The notes under the pieces were generated by a model. The model saw only the letters and a list, made by a program, of their open reading frames with translations, was not told the DNA's origin and did not search any database. The position numbers and the translations under genes are program-made. Shown piece after piece: positions 1 through 9,431 of a stretch of DNA of 64,000 bases. The stretch is from an uncultured Acidobacteriota bacterium (GTDB lineage Bacteria > Acidobacteriota > Polarisedimenticolia > J045), in assembly GCA_963702425.1 (NCBI GenBank), contig CAVPCQ010000020.1, positions 82,264 to 146,263 on the forward strand, written 5' to 3'. How positions within the stretch are numbered: position 1 is the stretch's first letter; each line of letters opens with the position of its first letter.

Positions 1-142
1 CGATCAGGGACGCCACGCCGACCAAGAACCCGAGCGCCGAGAGCAGCGAGATCAGGGAGAGGAATCCCTGCCTCCGGGCCAGCACGAAGCGGCGCGCGAT
101 GAACGGAGCGTAGGGTTCGCCGCGCGCATCCTCAGCGTGCAC
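1..142 (-). CDS. Lipoprotein-releasing ABC transporter permease LolC/E family, N-terminal part (truncated by window edge)
   Basis: Manual translation from GTG at 142: VHAEDARGEPYAPFIARRFVLARRQGFLSLISLLSALGFLVGVASLI, the typical LolC/E N-terminus. Not in the ORF track. Confidence 0.75.
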   Translation of the reverse strand, partial: MHAEDARGEPYAPFIARRFVLARRQGFLSLISLLSALGFLVGVASLI

Positions 143-935
143 GCTTGGCCACCCATTGTCCGCGGGGGATTCCCCCCTGGACCAGCTCGTAGCCCTGCCA
201 GGTGCCGCGGATGCGCGTCCCGTCAGGGTCCAGCACGCCCTCGATCTCCGCGTCGCGGCCGCGCTCGGCGTCGATCCGCTGCAGGAAGAGCTTGCCGTTG
301 ACGAACGTCCCCTGCAGGCTCCCGCTCCCGTAGGACCCGAGCCGGTACTGCCCGGTCACGAGCGTGCCCGACTGGTCGAGGAAGAAGGTCCCCTGCACCC
401 CGGCAGGCATCCAGGTCACGTCCCAGGCCCCGGTCAGCACCTCTTCCTGCATCGGGAGCCGCGTCCTGAGGTCCGCCACGCGCCGGGCCAGCGCGTCGCG
501 CTCGCCGAGCATCCGGCGCAGGTCGAGCAGCCGCGCGTCGGCCTCCGCCCGGACCACGTCGACACGCGACCTGGCGGCCAGCAGTTCGCGGTACAGCAGC
601 GTCAGAGACGACGCGGTGACCTCGCGCGCGCGCACCGCCTCGCGATCGAGCCGGTCCTGGGCCGCGACCAGCTCCTGGTCCGCGGCCGCACGCTCGAGCG
701 CCACCTGGCGGTACTGGCGCGCCGCCTCGTTGATCATGTCCTGGACGAGGCGTGCCCGCTCTTCCAGACCGGCGAGCGCGACCCCGATTTTGTGCGACTC
801 GAGCGGGTTCGGCTCCTCCGCGCGCGCTGTTCCGGCCCCTTCCTCCTCGACCGCCCCGGTGACCGGCACGAGGGGAATGAACAGGGCCAGGGCCAGCCCC
901 AGCCGCAGCGCCGTGCGGTCACGCACGCTCATCAT
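132..935 (-). CDS. Hypothetical exported protein (signal peptide, coiled coil, C-terminal Gly-rich beta domain)
   Basis: Hydrophobic N-terminus LGLALALFIPLV, heptad-rich middle, C-terminal beta-type segment LTGAWDVTW...GTWQG. Overlaps both neighbours. Confidence 0.7.
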   Translation of the reverse strand: MMSVRDRTALRLGLALALFIPLVPVTGAVEEEGAGTARAEEPNPLESHKIGVALAGLEERARLVQDMINEAARQYRQVALERAAADQELVAAQDRLDREAVRAREVTASSLTLLYRELLAARSRVDVVRAEADARLLDLRRMLGERDALARRVADLRTRLPMQEEVLTGAWDVTWMPAGVQGTFFLDQSGTLVTGQYRLGSYGSGSLQGTFVNGKLFLQRIDAERGRDAEIEGVLDPDGTRIRGTWQGYELVQGGIPRGQWVAKRAR

Positions 936-1734
936 CGCCGTCTCCCGCGGGGATCGTCCCGTGGCGATCGTAGTCTCGCGCCGGCCCGTGCGGCAAGCCG
1001 GCGAACCGCCGCCGGACGACGCCGACGAGCGGCGAGAGGACGTAGCCGGCGATCAGCGCCGGGACCATCCACTCGCCGAGCGCGACGAATCCGGCCAGGA
1101 TCAGCGCCCAGCCCGCCAGCACCCGGTACGGTCGCAGTCCGAAGCGCAGGTCCTTGAAGGAGCGGTAGCGGATCTTGCTCACCATCAGCAGGCCCGCGAG
1201 CGCGACCAGCGCCGCAAAGAGCGGCACGTACTCCCGCGGGATCCGCTCCCCCTCGGTGATCAGCGCTGGGCAGACCGCGATCGCCGCCGCGGTCGGGCTG
1301 GGCAGCCCGATGAAGTAACGCGGGTCCTGCATCCCGGCGGAGAACCGGGCCAGCCGGATCACCCCGCAGGCGGTGAACAGGAAGGCCGTTGCCCATCCGA
1401 CGCGGTGCAGCCCGTCGAGGCCGGCGAAGAAGGCAAACAGGGAGGGTGCCACCGCGAACGAGATCCCGTCCGCGATCGAGTCCAACTGCTCGCCGAACTC
1501 GCTCGTCGTGCCCGTCATGCGGGCGATCCGGCCGTCGAGCCCGTCGAGCACGGTCGCACCCAGCACGAGCAGCGCGGCCACGGCGAGGTGCCCCTGGGCA
1601 GCCATGATGATCGACGCGAAGCCGGCGAGGACGTTGCCCAGCGTCAGCATGCCCGGGAGCCAGCCGGCGACGCCGCGCAGGCGTGTCCCGATGGGGTGCG
1701 GCGAGTGATGGGGGCGGCGGGGCGGCGCGGTCAC
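919..1734 (-). CDS. pssA: CDP-diacylglycerol--serine O-phosphatidyltransferase
   Basis: CDP-alcohol phosphotransferase motif DGLDGRIAR...SEFGEQLDSIAD, plus RLARF and FIGLPSP. GTG start overlaps the psd stop (GTGA). Confidence 0.92.
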   Translation of the reverse strand: MTAPPRRPHHSPHPIGTRLRGVAGWLPGMLTLGNVLAGFASIIMAAQGHLAVAALLVLGATVLDGLDGRIARMTGTTSEFGEQLDSIADGISFAVAPSLFAFFAGLDGLHRVGWATAFLFTACGVIRLARFSAGMQDPRYFIGLPSPTAAAIAVCPALITEGERIPREYVPLFAALVALAGLLMVSKIRYRSFKDLRFGLRPYRVLAGWALILAGFVALGEWMVPALIAGYVLSPLVGVVRRRFAGLPHGPARDYDRHGTIPAGDGDDERA

Positions 1735-2420
1735 GGCGCAGCCGCCGCGGCGTCGCGCCAGCGCGCGATCGCGCTCGTTCCGCCGCGCACGGTGTCGCCG
1801 GCCCGCACCAGCGGCTCGGCCCCCGGCGGCAGGGTCACCTGGGTGCACGATCCGAAGCGAATCAGCCCGTAGCGTGCCCCGGCCGCGAGCCGCTGGCCGG
1901 GCGCGACGCGCACCACGATCCGCCGCGCGATCAGCCCGGCGACCTGCGCCACCGCGACGTCGCCGCGGGCTGTCTCGAGCACGAGATCGGTGCGCTCGTT
2001 GACCTCGGTCGCCTCCGGCCGGTAGGCCGCGAGGAACCGCCCCGGACGGTGCGTCACGCTCGCCACCCGCCCGGCGACGGGAGCGCGGTTGACGTGAACG
2101 TTGAAGACGTTGAGGAAGATCGTGACGACGAGGCCATCTTTCTCGGCACGAACCTCGGTGACGCGTCCGTCGGCGGGCGACAGCACCAGCGCGGGGTCGT
2201 CGGGGATGGCGCGGTCAGGATCGCGGAAGAACCAGGCGGAGAACAGGCCGAGTGCCGCGACCGGCAGAGCCAGCACCGCCCACGGTGGCGGCGCGAACAG
2301 CAGCGAGGCCGCGGCGATGAGCGGAACGGCCACGAAGGGAATCCCCGCGCGGTCGATGGGAAGCCGCCGCCGCGGCATGGACGCGGCCGCTTCAGAACGG
2401 GTCGGGGCGGGAGATGTCAT
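1731..2420 (-). CDS. psd: Phosphatidylserine decarboxylase proenzyme
   Basis: FFRDPDR, SPADG, FNVHVNRAP, IRFGS autocleavage motif. Adjacent to pssA. Start uncertain (2420 or 2378). Confidence 0.92.
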   Translation of the reverse strand: MTSPAPTRSEAAASMPRRRLPIDRAGIPFVAVPLIAAASLLFAPPPWAVLALPVAALGLFSAWFFRDPDRAIPDDPALVLSPADGRVTEVRAEKDGLVVTIFLNVFNVHVNRAPVAGRVASVTHRPGRFLAAYRPEATEVNERTDLVLETARGDVAVAQVAGLIARRIVVRVAPGQRLAAGARYGLIRFGSCTQVTLPPGAEPLVRAGDTVRGGTSAIARWRDAAAAAP

Positions 2421-2494
2421 CGGTTTTTGCGAGGCTAGCACCCGGCCGCCGTCGGGGGCAACAAAGCGCCAGCCCCCGGGAAACGAGGGCGGCA

Positions 2495-3628
2495 TCAACC
2501 GTTCGTGACGTTGTTCCGGCCCAGAACGAGGCTCATCAGGAGGGCGTCCTCGCCATCGCCGTAGTAGCGTCGCCGCCGCCCCACCGGCACGAAGCCTTCC
2601 GACGCGTAGAGCGCGATGGCGGCGGCATTCCCGGCCCGGACCTCGAGGTCGGCACGCTCCGCCAGGGCCGCACGCGCCCGCTCGAGGAGCGCACCCACGA
2701 GCAAGCGGCCCAGGCCGCGGCCGCGCGCGCGCGGCCGGACCGCCACGCTCTGGATCTCGAGCGTGTCGACCGCGAGGCGCGCCAGCGCCGCGGCGTCGAG
2801 CCCGCCATCGGCTCCCACCACGCCGAGCGCGACGTGACCGGGGCCGCCGTGCAACTCATCGCTCAACATCGCACGGCTCCACGGCTCGGCGAAACACTCG
2901 CGCTCGACCGCGAGCAGGCGATCGAGGTCCGCCGGCGCCAGCCGGACGATCGCCGCCACCGTTCCGGAAGCGCGACGACCGGCCGGCAGCACGGCGTCGG
3001 GGGGCAGGAGATAGCTCGGGCCGGGGACGTGATCGACGATCGGGAGGCACCCCGCGGCGACCAGCCGCGCGAGCGCCGGGGCCGCGTCGATCGTCGTCTC
3101 GACCGGCCGGACCCCCTCGCCCCAGGTGAGACCCGAGGTGCCGCGCGGGACCGCGATCGCCGAACCAGCGAGATCGAGCCGCAGGGGGAGCGACGCGAGC
3201 GGGAGCAGAGCCGCCTCCTCGGGCCGCGCGCCGTCTTCGTGCGCTCGCGCGAGCAGCACGCGCCAGCGGCCCCAGGGGATCGCGACCCACGCCGGCAGCG
3301 GCAATCCGGCCGCCTCGGCCAGCAGCCTCGGGCTGTCGGCGAACGCGACCGGCAGCGCCCCGCCCGCAGCCGAGAGCCCCTGGGCCAGGCCGAGCGCGAC
3401 GCGCAATCCCGTGGTCGAACCGGGCCCGACTCCGACCGCGAGCCCGGCCAGTGCCGCCGGCGCAACGGCGTGCCGTGCGAGGAGGTCCCGCGCGGCGCGC
3501 ACGAGATCCAGGCGCACGCCGCGGGACGGGTCGAGGGGCGCCGCGCCGAGCACGCGCCCATCGACGACGAGCGCGGCCCCCGCGGGATGCAGCGCTCCCT
3601 CGAGCACCAGCACGGCGCCCCGCGTCAC
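2495..3628 (-). CDS. Fused TsaB-like protein / ribosomal-protein-alanine N-acetyltransferase RimI
   Basis: N-terminal half has AVGVGPGSTTGLRVAL (TsaB). C-terminal half has VERECFAEPWS, AVRPRARGRGLG, LEVRAGNAAAIALY..GF...GRRRRYY.DGEDA (RimI). No stop between them. GTG start overlaps the upstream stop. Confidence 0.85.
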   Translation of the reverse strand: MTRGAVLVLEGALHPAGAALVVDGRVLGAAPLDPSRGVRLDLVRAARDLLARHAVAPAALAGLAVGVGPGSTTGLRVALGLAQGLSAAGGALPVAFADSPRLLAEAAGLPLPAWVAIPWGRWRVLLARAHEDGARPEEAALLPLASLPLRLDLAGSAIAVPRGTSGLTWGEGVRPVETTIDAAPALARLVAAGCLPIVDHVPGPSYLLPPDAVLPAGRRASGTVAAIVRLAPADLDRLLAVERECFAEPWSRAMLSDELHGGPGHVALGVVGADGGLDAAALARLAVDTLEIQSVAVRPRARGRGLGRLLVGALLERARAALAERADLEVRAGNAAAIALYASEGFVPVGRRRRYYGDGEDALLMSLVLGRNNVTNG

Positions 3629-4479
3629 GATCCGCCGCCCCGCGGCGCCGTGGCCTGCCGCGCCTCGCGGCGAGGGGAGGCCTTCGGAGGGGTCGCGGCC
3701 CCCCGCGCGAGGATCGTCACCGGCGTGCCGACCGGGAGCAGCGCGTGGAGCTCGCGCACGTCCGGGTTGAACAGCGACACGCAGCCGTTCGTCCAGTCGA
3801 GGTACTCGCGCATCGCGGCCGGATCGGCGTCGCCGGGCTCGAACGCGGCGGGAAGATGTTCGGAACGCTTCCGGTGCCTGGCAAGTTGGGTCGCGGTGAG
3901 CGCCGGCTGCTGGCCGTGGAGCAGGATCAGCCCACCGAGCGCCGTGCCGGACGGCGGGCACTCCCCGCGGGCCAGGGCCGCCGCGATCGCGTCGCGCTCC
4001 CGGCGGCTGATGCGTCCCGCGCGCAGCGCGTCCTCGGCATCGTCGAGGTTGGGGTAGCTGATCCACAGGGCCCGGTGGTACTTCGAAAGCGTGCGGTTGC
4101 AAAGGAAGTAGGTCCCCTCCGGGGTCCGCTTGTCGCCTCGCCGCGACTTGTGCCCCGTAGGCCGCTGGCCGAGTTGCGCCCGGTAGGCCTTGACCATCCG
4201 CTCGCCGACCCAGAGTTCCACCCGCCGCTCCGATTTGATCACGATCAGCCGGGCGCCCGCGAGGCGACCGTCGACCAGCGGGATCCCGGCGCGCTCGAGG
4301 ATCGCGGCGAGCGATTCGTCGGGCCCGTAGAGCCCGGGGGCATAGGTCGCGTAGGTCCAGCCGAACGGTCCCTCGCGCGAAGCCTCGGCCCGCGCTCCGG
4401 GTCCGAGGTCGAAGCCCGCCGTCCAGAGCGCCGCGGCGAGCGCCGCGATCCGGGTCGCGCGCCGCCGACAGCGCATCAC
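3625..4479 (-). CDS. L,D-transpeptidase family protein (YkuD fold, YafK/DpaA-like)
   Basis: Signal peptide; GDKRTPEGTY, LWISYPN, ILLHG and DWTNGC catalytic His/Cys motifs. Confidence 0.85.
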   Translation of the reverse strand: MMRCRRRATRIAALAAALWTAGFDLGPGARAEASREGPFGWTYATYAPGLYGPDESLAAILERAGIPLVDGRLAGARLIVIKSERRVELWVGERMVKAYRAQLGQRPTGHKSRRGDKRTPEGTYFLCNRTLSKYHRALWISYPNLDDAEDALRAGRISRRERDAIAAALARGECPPSGTALGGLILLHGQQPALTATQLARHRKRSEHLPAAFEPGDADPAAMREYLDWTNGCVSLFNPDVRELHALLPVGTPVTILARGAATPPKASPRREARQATAPRGGGS

Positions 4480-4982
4480 TTGCCCCCCCCGTCCCGCGGA
4501 GCCTCACCGTCCGGGACGGGAGCGCCGCGCAACTCGTCGATCAGCCGCGGCACCTCCGGCGCACGGCACTCCGGACGGAACCGGCCGGCGACCTCGAGCA
4601 CGGGCGCGAAGCCGCAAGCGCCGAAGCAGGGGACCGCGTCGAGGCTGAAGACGCCGTCCGCCGTCGTTCTGCCGGTGGACACACCGAGCGCGGACTCCAG
4701 TGCGGCCAAGGTCGCGCTCGCTCCCCGGACCTGGCAGCTGGTGCCGACGCAGATCCGGATCGGCCAGCGGCCGGGGGGCTCGAGACGGAAGTTCCCCGAG
4801 GCGCGAACCGCGTTCCATGCCACCTCGCCCGGCACGCCGACGTGATCGGCGATCCGCTCGACCTCCTCGGCCACGAGCCACCCGCGCGCGGCCTGGAGTT
4901 CGAGCAGCAACGGCACCAGGCCGTCCCGCCGGCCGGCCGGATGGCGTGCGAGGATCGTGTCCAGTGCGGCGGGGCCCGGCAT
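4476..4982 (-). CDS. NuoE-like thioredoxin-fold [2Fe-2S] protein
   Basis: ICVGTSC...VPCFGACGFAP cysteine pattern, TTADGVFSL. No nuoF or other nuo genes nearby. Confidence 0.85.
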   Translation of the reverse strand: MPGPAALDTILARHPAGRRDGLVPLLLELQAARGWLVAEEVERIADHVGVPGEVAWNAVRASGNFRLEPPGRWPIRICVGTSCQVRGASATLAALESALGVSTGRTTADGVFSLDAVPCFGACGFAPVLEVAGRFRPECRAPEVPRLIDELRGAPVPDGEAPRDGGGK

Positions 4983-4991
4983 GGGGCCGCG

Positions 4992-6317
4992 TCAGGCGCG
5001 CAGGCCGAGCGCTGCCAGGTGCGCCCGGAGGTCCGGCTCGGAGAGGCCAAGCCGCGGGGCGGCACGCGCCAGATCGCCGTTCACCTCGTCGAGCAGGCGG
5101 CGCAGCCAGCCGGCCTCGAGGTCGCGCGCCGGGGGGGGCTCCGGCGACCCCGTCTCGCGCCCGTCGAGAAACCCGGGCGGCAGGTCCTCGGCGTGAACCA
5201 CCGGTTGCGGCGCGCCCAGGACGACCCGCTCCACGACGCGGCGCAACTCGCGCACGTTGCCCGGCCAGGCGTGGCGGGCGAGCGCATGCAGCGCGTCGAG
5301 CGCCAGCGTAGGCACCGGCTGCGCGTACTCGCGGCAGATCTCCTGCAGGAAGACGTTCGCCAGCTCCGGCAGGTCGTCGGCCCTGGCGCGCAGCGGCGGA
5401 ACCTCGATCCGGTGCGTGAAGCTGTCGAGGAACCCCTGCTCGAGCCGCCCCGCGGCCGCCGCCCCGTCCGGGGATCCGGCCAGCGATACGACCAGGACCG
5501 GTTCGGAACGGACGCTGCGCGCGGTACCCGGCACGGGGAAGTCGCCGGTGCGCAGCCCGTCGGCCAGTGCGCACTGAATCTCGGCCGAGAGCGCCTCGGC
5601 TCCCTCGAGGTAGAGCGTCCCCTCGTCCGCCAGCGCGATTCGGCCCGCCTCCTCCGGCGCGCCGCCGCCGCCGAAGAGCGCGCCGAATAGCCGCTCGGGG
5701 GGGACCGTCCCGACGCGCAGGTCGAGGAACGGACCGTCGGGCCGCGGGCCGCGCAGCGAGAGCCAACGCGCGGCCAGGCTCCGGCCACTCCCGCGCTCAC
5801 CCCAGAGCAGGACCGGCCGCCCGTCCGCGGCGGCCGCCAGCCGGGCTCGCAGCGCCTCAACCGCGGTCCCCCGCCCGATGAACTCCGCCTCGCGCCGCAA
5901 TTCGACCTGCAGTGCGCGGTGCTGCCGTTCCAACCGGGCGTGGCGCAGCGCGTTGCGCAGCACGAGCAGGATGCGCTCGAGCGACAGCGGCTTCTCGACG
6001 AAGTCGTAGGCGCCACGCTTGGTCGCCTTGACGGCGGTCTCGATCGTCCCGTGGCCGGAGATCATGATCACCGGCGCGCGCACCCCGCGCTCGCGCATCA
6101 TCCGCAGGGCCTCGATGCCGTCGACGCCGGGCAGCCAGATGTCGAGGAAGACCGCGTCGGGTGACCGCGTCAGCGCCAGCTCGACTCCCTCCTCGCCGGA
6201 TGCCGCCGGGAGGACCGCGTAACCCTCGTCCTCGAGAATCTCGGTCATCGAGCGGCGCACGGCGTCTTCGTCGTCGACGATGAGGATCAGGCCACGACGG
6301 GACGCCGGAGGGGTCAT
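4992..6317 (-). CDS. ntrX: NtrX-like response regulator (REC - degenerate AAA+ - Fis HTH)
   Basis: REC motifs IVDDE, FLDIWLP, MISGHGTIETAV; WPGNVREL retained; Walker A/B and GAFTGA degenerate. Confidence 0.8.
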   Translation of the reverse strand: MTPPASRRGLILIVDDEDAVRRSMTEILEDEGYAVLPAASGEEGVELALTRSPDAVFLDIWLPGVDGIEALRMMRERGVRAPVIMISGHGTIETAVKATKRGAYDFVEKPLSLERILLVLRNALRHARLERQHRALQVELRREAEFIGRGTAVEALRARLAAAADGRPVLLWGERGSGRSLAARWLSLRGPRPDGPFLDLRVGTVPPERLFGALFGGGGAPEEAGRIALADEGTLYLEGAEALSAEIQCALADGLRTGDFPVPGTARSVRSEPVLVVSLAGSPDGAAAAGRLEQGFLDSFTHRIEVPPLRARADDLPELANVFLQEICREYAQPVPTLALDALHALARHAWPGNVRELRRVVERVVLGAPQPVVHAEDLPPGFLDGRETGSPEPPPARDLEAGWLRRLLDEVNGDLARAAPRLGLSEPDLRAHLAALGLRA

Positions 6318-8512
6318 GGACTGGTCTCCTCGTCCGCGGCGACCGCCGCCACGGACGGCAATTCGATCACGAATCGCGTGCCGCCGCCCGGGTTGTCCTC
6401 GGCGCGGATCCGGCCGCCGTGGTCGGTCACGATGCGGTGCACGATCGCGAGCCCGAGCCCGGTCCCGCCGGGACGCCGCGTGAAGCTCGGCAGGAACAGC
6501 TGCTCACGCGCAACTTCGGGGAGCCCGGGGCCGTTGTCGGCAACCTCCAGCATGACCGGCCACTGCCCCGGCTGCCGCCGGGTGCGGACGGTGATGCTGC
6601 CGCTGGCGCCGAGCAGCGCGACCGCGTTGTCGAGCAGGTTGATCAGCGCGCGGCGCATCGCCTCGGGATCGACCGCGTGCGGCGGCAGGTCGTCGGCGAA
6701 CTCGGTCGCGAAGCGGATCTGCGGGTGCGACGTCCGGTAGAGGGCGAGCGCGTCCTCGGCCACCCTGCCGACATCCCCCGGCTCCGGACGCAGCTCCGGC
6801 AGCCGCGCGAAGCGCGAGAACTCGTCCACCAGCCCCTTGAGGCTGTCCACCTCGCGCACGATGTTGCCGACCATCTCCTCCAGCACCTCCCCCGCTTCGC
6901 CGGGGCTGCGCCGGTAGCGGCGCAGGAGCCGCTCGGCGGAGAGCCGGATCGGCGTCAACGGGTTCTTGAACTCGTGAGCGAGCCGCCGCGCGACTTCGCC
7001 CCACGCCGCGAGCCGCTCGGCGCGACGCAGCGGGGTCAGGTCCTCGAGCACGACCAGCACCCCTTCGCCGCGCCCCGGGATGCCGAAGCGGGCGGCCGTC
7101 GCCTCCACCATCGCCTCCTTGCCTTCCACGGCGACCGGCACCTCGCGGCTCGAGCGGCGCGCCCAGCCCTCCAGCACGGGCTGGACGACCCGATAGACCG
7201 CTTCGCGGCCACCCGAGAGCGCCTCCTCCACGGGCGCGCCGCGCGGTAGGTCGGCCAGCCGCAAGAGCTCGAGGGCGGCGCGATTGGCGGTCGCCACGCG
7301 CGCGTCGGCATCGAGGCTGAGCACGCCGACCGGGATCGCCTCGAGAATCGTCTCGATGTAGCGCCGCCGCCCTTCGATCTCGCGTCGCTGGCGCTGGATC
7401 TCGCCCGCCATCCGGTTGAACGACGCGACCAGCTGCCCGATCTCGTCGCCACCGCTTCCCGGGACGCGATAGGTCAGGTCCCCTCCCGCCAGCGCCTCCG
7501 TACCGCGCGCGAGCGCCAGGATCGGGTTCGTGATCTGGCCCGCGACGTAGAAGCTGGTCCAGACGGCGGCGAACAGGACGAGCAGCGTCAGCAGCGCGAA
7601 GAGCGCGACGTAGAGCCGTTGCACGACCGGCCGGCGCGCGCCGTAGTCCTCGACCTCCCGCCCCGAGAGCAGGACGCTGTCGATCCGGCGCGCCTCTTCC
7701 TCGGGGATGTAGACCGCGGCCCAGGCCACCGCGACCGTCTCCCCTCTCACCCGCACCGCCTCGGTGGCAACCGTGCGCCAGCCGTAGACGAGCCGATCGC
7801 TGGTCAGTCCACCGCGCCCGGTCTCGAAGGTCTCGCGGACGATCGCCTCGGGCACGCGCGTCAGCTCGGTCGGGAGGGCCATCGAGGCCCCGCCCCGCAC
7901 CACCTCCGCGACCGCCACCGGGCTTCCGCTCTCGAACGCCACCCCGACCGCCGTCAGGGCGTAGCGCCGCCGCAACTCGTCCAGTGCACGCGCCAGCTCG
8001 CCTCGCGGCGCGGGCGGGTCCTTCGCGAGTGGGCCGCGAGCCAGGTCCTCGGCGACCACGCGCGCGAAGTGCCGGGCCCCCTCCGAGGCCTCGCGCTGCG
8101 CCATCTGCGCGACCGCCGCGGCCTGGTCCATCGTCTTCGCGATGTCGGGCGGGATCAGGTCCGACAGCGAGCGCAGCACGATCGCCACCGCCCCCGCGAA
8201 CAGCGTCAGCGAGGGGATCAGGACCAGGAAGAAGAATGCGAAGAAGACCCGCGCCTGGAGCCGGGCGCCGAGGATGCCGCTGCGCCGGCCGGCCAGGACG
8301 CGGGCGACGTTGCGCACGATGAGCGCGGCCACCGCGAAGGCCAGCAGGACCAGCGCCGCAGCGAGGCCGGAGAGCAGCGTCTTGTCGCCGGCGAGTCGCG
8401 TATCACCGAGCTTGCCGCGCTGGATGACGTAGTAGAGGACGGCGGTGAGGACGAACGAGAGACCGACGATCGTGAACAGCAGCCGGTCGGAACGAAGGCG
8501 GTCGCGCAGCAT
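6314..8512 (-). CDS. ntrY: NtrY-like membrane sensor histidine kinase (TM, HAMP, PAS, HisKA, HATPase)
   Basis: AWGEVARRLAHEFKNPLTPIRLSAERL H-box typical of NtrY; N, D and G boxes (NLLDNA, DNGPG, GTGLGL). Confidence 0.88.
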   Translation of the reverse strand: MLRDRLRSDRLLFTIVGLSFVLTAVLYYVIQRGKLGDTRLAGDKTLLSGLAAALVLLAFAVAALIVRNVARVLAGRRSGILGARLQARVFFAFFFLVLIPSLTLFAGAVAIVLRSLSDLIPPDIAKTMDQAAAVAQMAQREASEGARHFARVVAEDLARGPLAKDPPAPRGELARALDELRRRYALTAVGVAFESGSPVAVAEVVRGGASMALPTELTRVPEAIVRETFETGRGGLTSDRLVYGWRTVATEAVRVRGETVAVAWAAVYIPEEEARRIDSVLLSGREVEDYGARRPVVQRLYVALFALLTLLVLFAAVWTSFYVAGQITNPILALARGTEALAGGDLTYRVPGSGGDEIGQLVASFNRMAGEIQRQRREIEGRRRYIETILEAIPVGVLSLDADARVATANRAALELLRLADLPRGAPVEEALSGGREAVYRVVQPVLEGWARRSSREVPVAVEGKEAMVEATAARFGIPGRGEGVLVVLEDLTPLRRAERLAAWGEVARRLAHEFKNPLTPIRLSAERLLRRYRRSPGEAGEVLEEMVGNIVREVDSLKGLVDEFSRFARLPELRPEPGDVGRVAEDALALYRTSHPQIRFATEFADDLPPHAVDPEAMRRALINLLDNAVALLGASGSITVRTRRQPGQWPVMLEVADNGPGLPEVAREQLFLPSFTRRPGGTGLGLAIVHRIVTDHGGRIRAEDNPGGGTRFVIELPSVAAVAADEETSP

Positions 8513-8516
8513 CCGG

Positions 8517-9425
8517 TCAACGCGCGCGGCCGGGCGGGGCGGGCCGTGACGGCGGTTCGGTCGGCCCCCCCGGACCGCTCTCGAAGATCCAGTTCGAACG
8601 ATCGGCGAGCAGCGCGTCCGCGAGCCGGCCGTGGAGGTCGTGCCCCGCCCGCCAGGCGACGATCCGGCCCGACAACCCGCAGCCCAGGAGGGCCAGGTCG
8701 CCGACCAGGTCGAGCGTCTTGTGTCGCGCGAACTCGTCCCGGAAACGGAGGTCGACCCCCTTGATCCCGTCGTCGTCGACCAGGATCGCGTTGTCGAGCG
8801 ACCCCCCCTTGATCAGCCCCGCGCGCTGCAGCTTCTCGATGTCGCGCCGCATCCCGAAGGTGCGGGCGGCAGCGAGCTTGTTCAGGAAGTCGTCGGGCTG
8901 GTCGAGCTGGACGGTGACCTCCTGGTAGCCGAGGTGCTCGTGCTCGAAGTCGATCGCCGTGGTGACCCTCAGGCCGTCTCCCGGCTCGATCGTGATCCGG
9001 CGCTCCTCGTCGCCGACGACCAGCTTCTGCGTAACCACGATCCGGGGGTACCCGGCCTCCTGCTCGACCAGGCCGGCGTCCAGGATCGCCCGTACGAAAG
9101 GCAGCGAGGAGCCGTCGAGGATCGGCAGCTCGCACCCGGACATCCGCACCCGCACGTTGTCGACGCCCAGGGCGTAGAGGGCGGCCAGTAGGTGCTCGGG
9201 GGTGTCAATCGTCGCCCCGTCCCGCTCCAGGCGCGTGGCGTGCATCATCGGGCTGCGGTACTGCTCGAGCGCCGGGATCTCGATTCCGCCCGCCGCCTCC
9301 AGCTCGAACACGATGCCGCCGCCCGGGGCAGTCGGCTGGAGGTCGATCCGTTCCGCCCGGCCGTGATGCAGGCCGATCCCCTCGAGCCGGACGGGGGCGG
9401 CGAGGGTCCGCTGCTGACGCACCAT
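8517..9425 (-). CDS. lpxC: UDP-3-O-acyl-N-acetylglucosamine deacetylase
   Basis: QRTL...GIGLH, TPEHLLAAL, ELPILDGS, ARTFG, GGSLDNA, HKTLDLVGDL, AGH. Confidence 0.96.
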   Translation of the reverse strand: MVRQQRTLAAPVRLEGIGLHHGRAERIDLQPTAPGGGIVFELEAAGGIEIPALEQYRSPMMHATRLERDGATIDTPEHLLAALYALGVDNVRVRMSGCELPILDGSSLPFVRAILDAGLVEQEAGYPRIVVTQKLVVGDEERRITIEPGDGLRVTTAIDFEHEHLGYQEVTVQLDQPDDFLNKLAAARTFGMRRDIEKLQRAGLIKGGSLDNAILVDDDGIKGVDLRFRDEFARHKTLDLVGDLALLGCGLSGRIVAWRAGHDLHGRLADALLADRSNWIFESGPGGPTEPPSRPAPPGRAR

Positions 9426-9431
9426 GGGACG

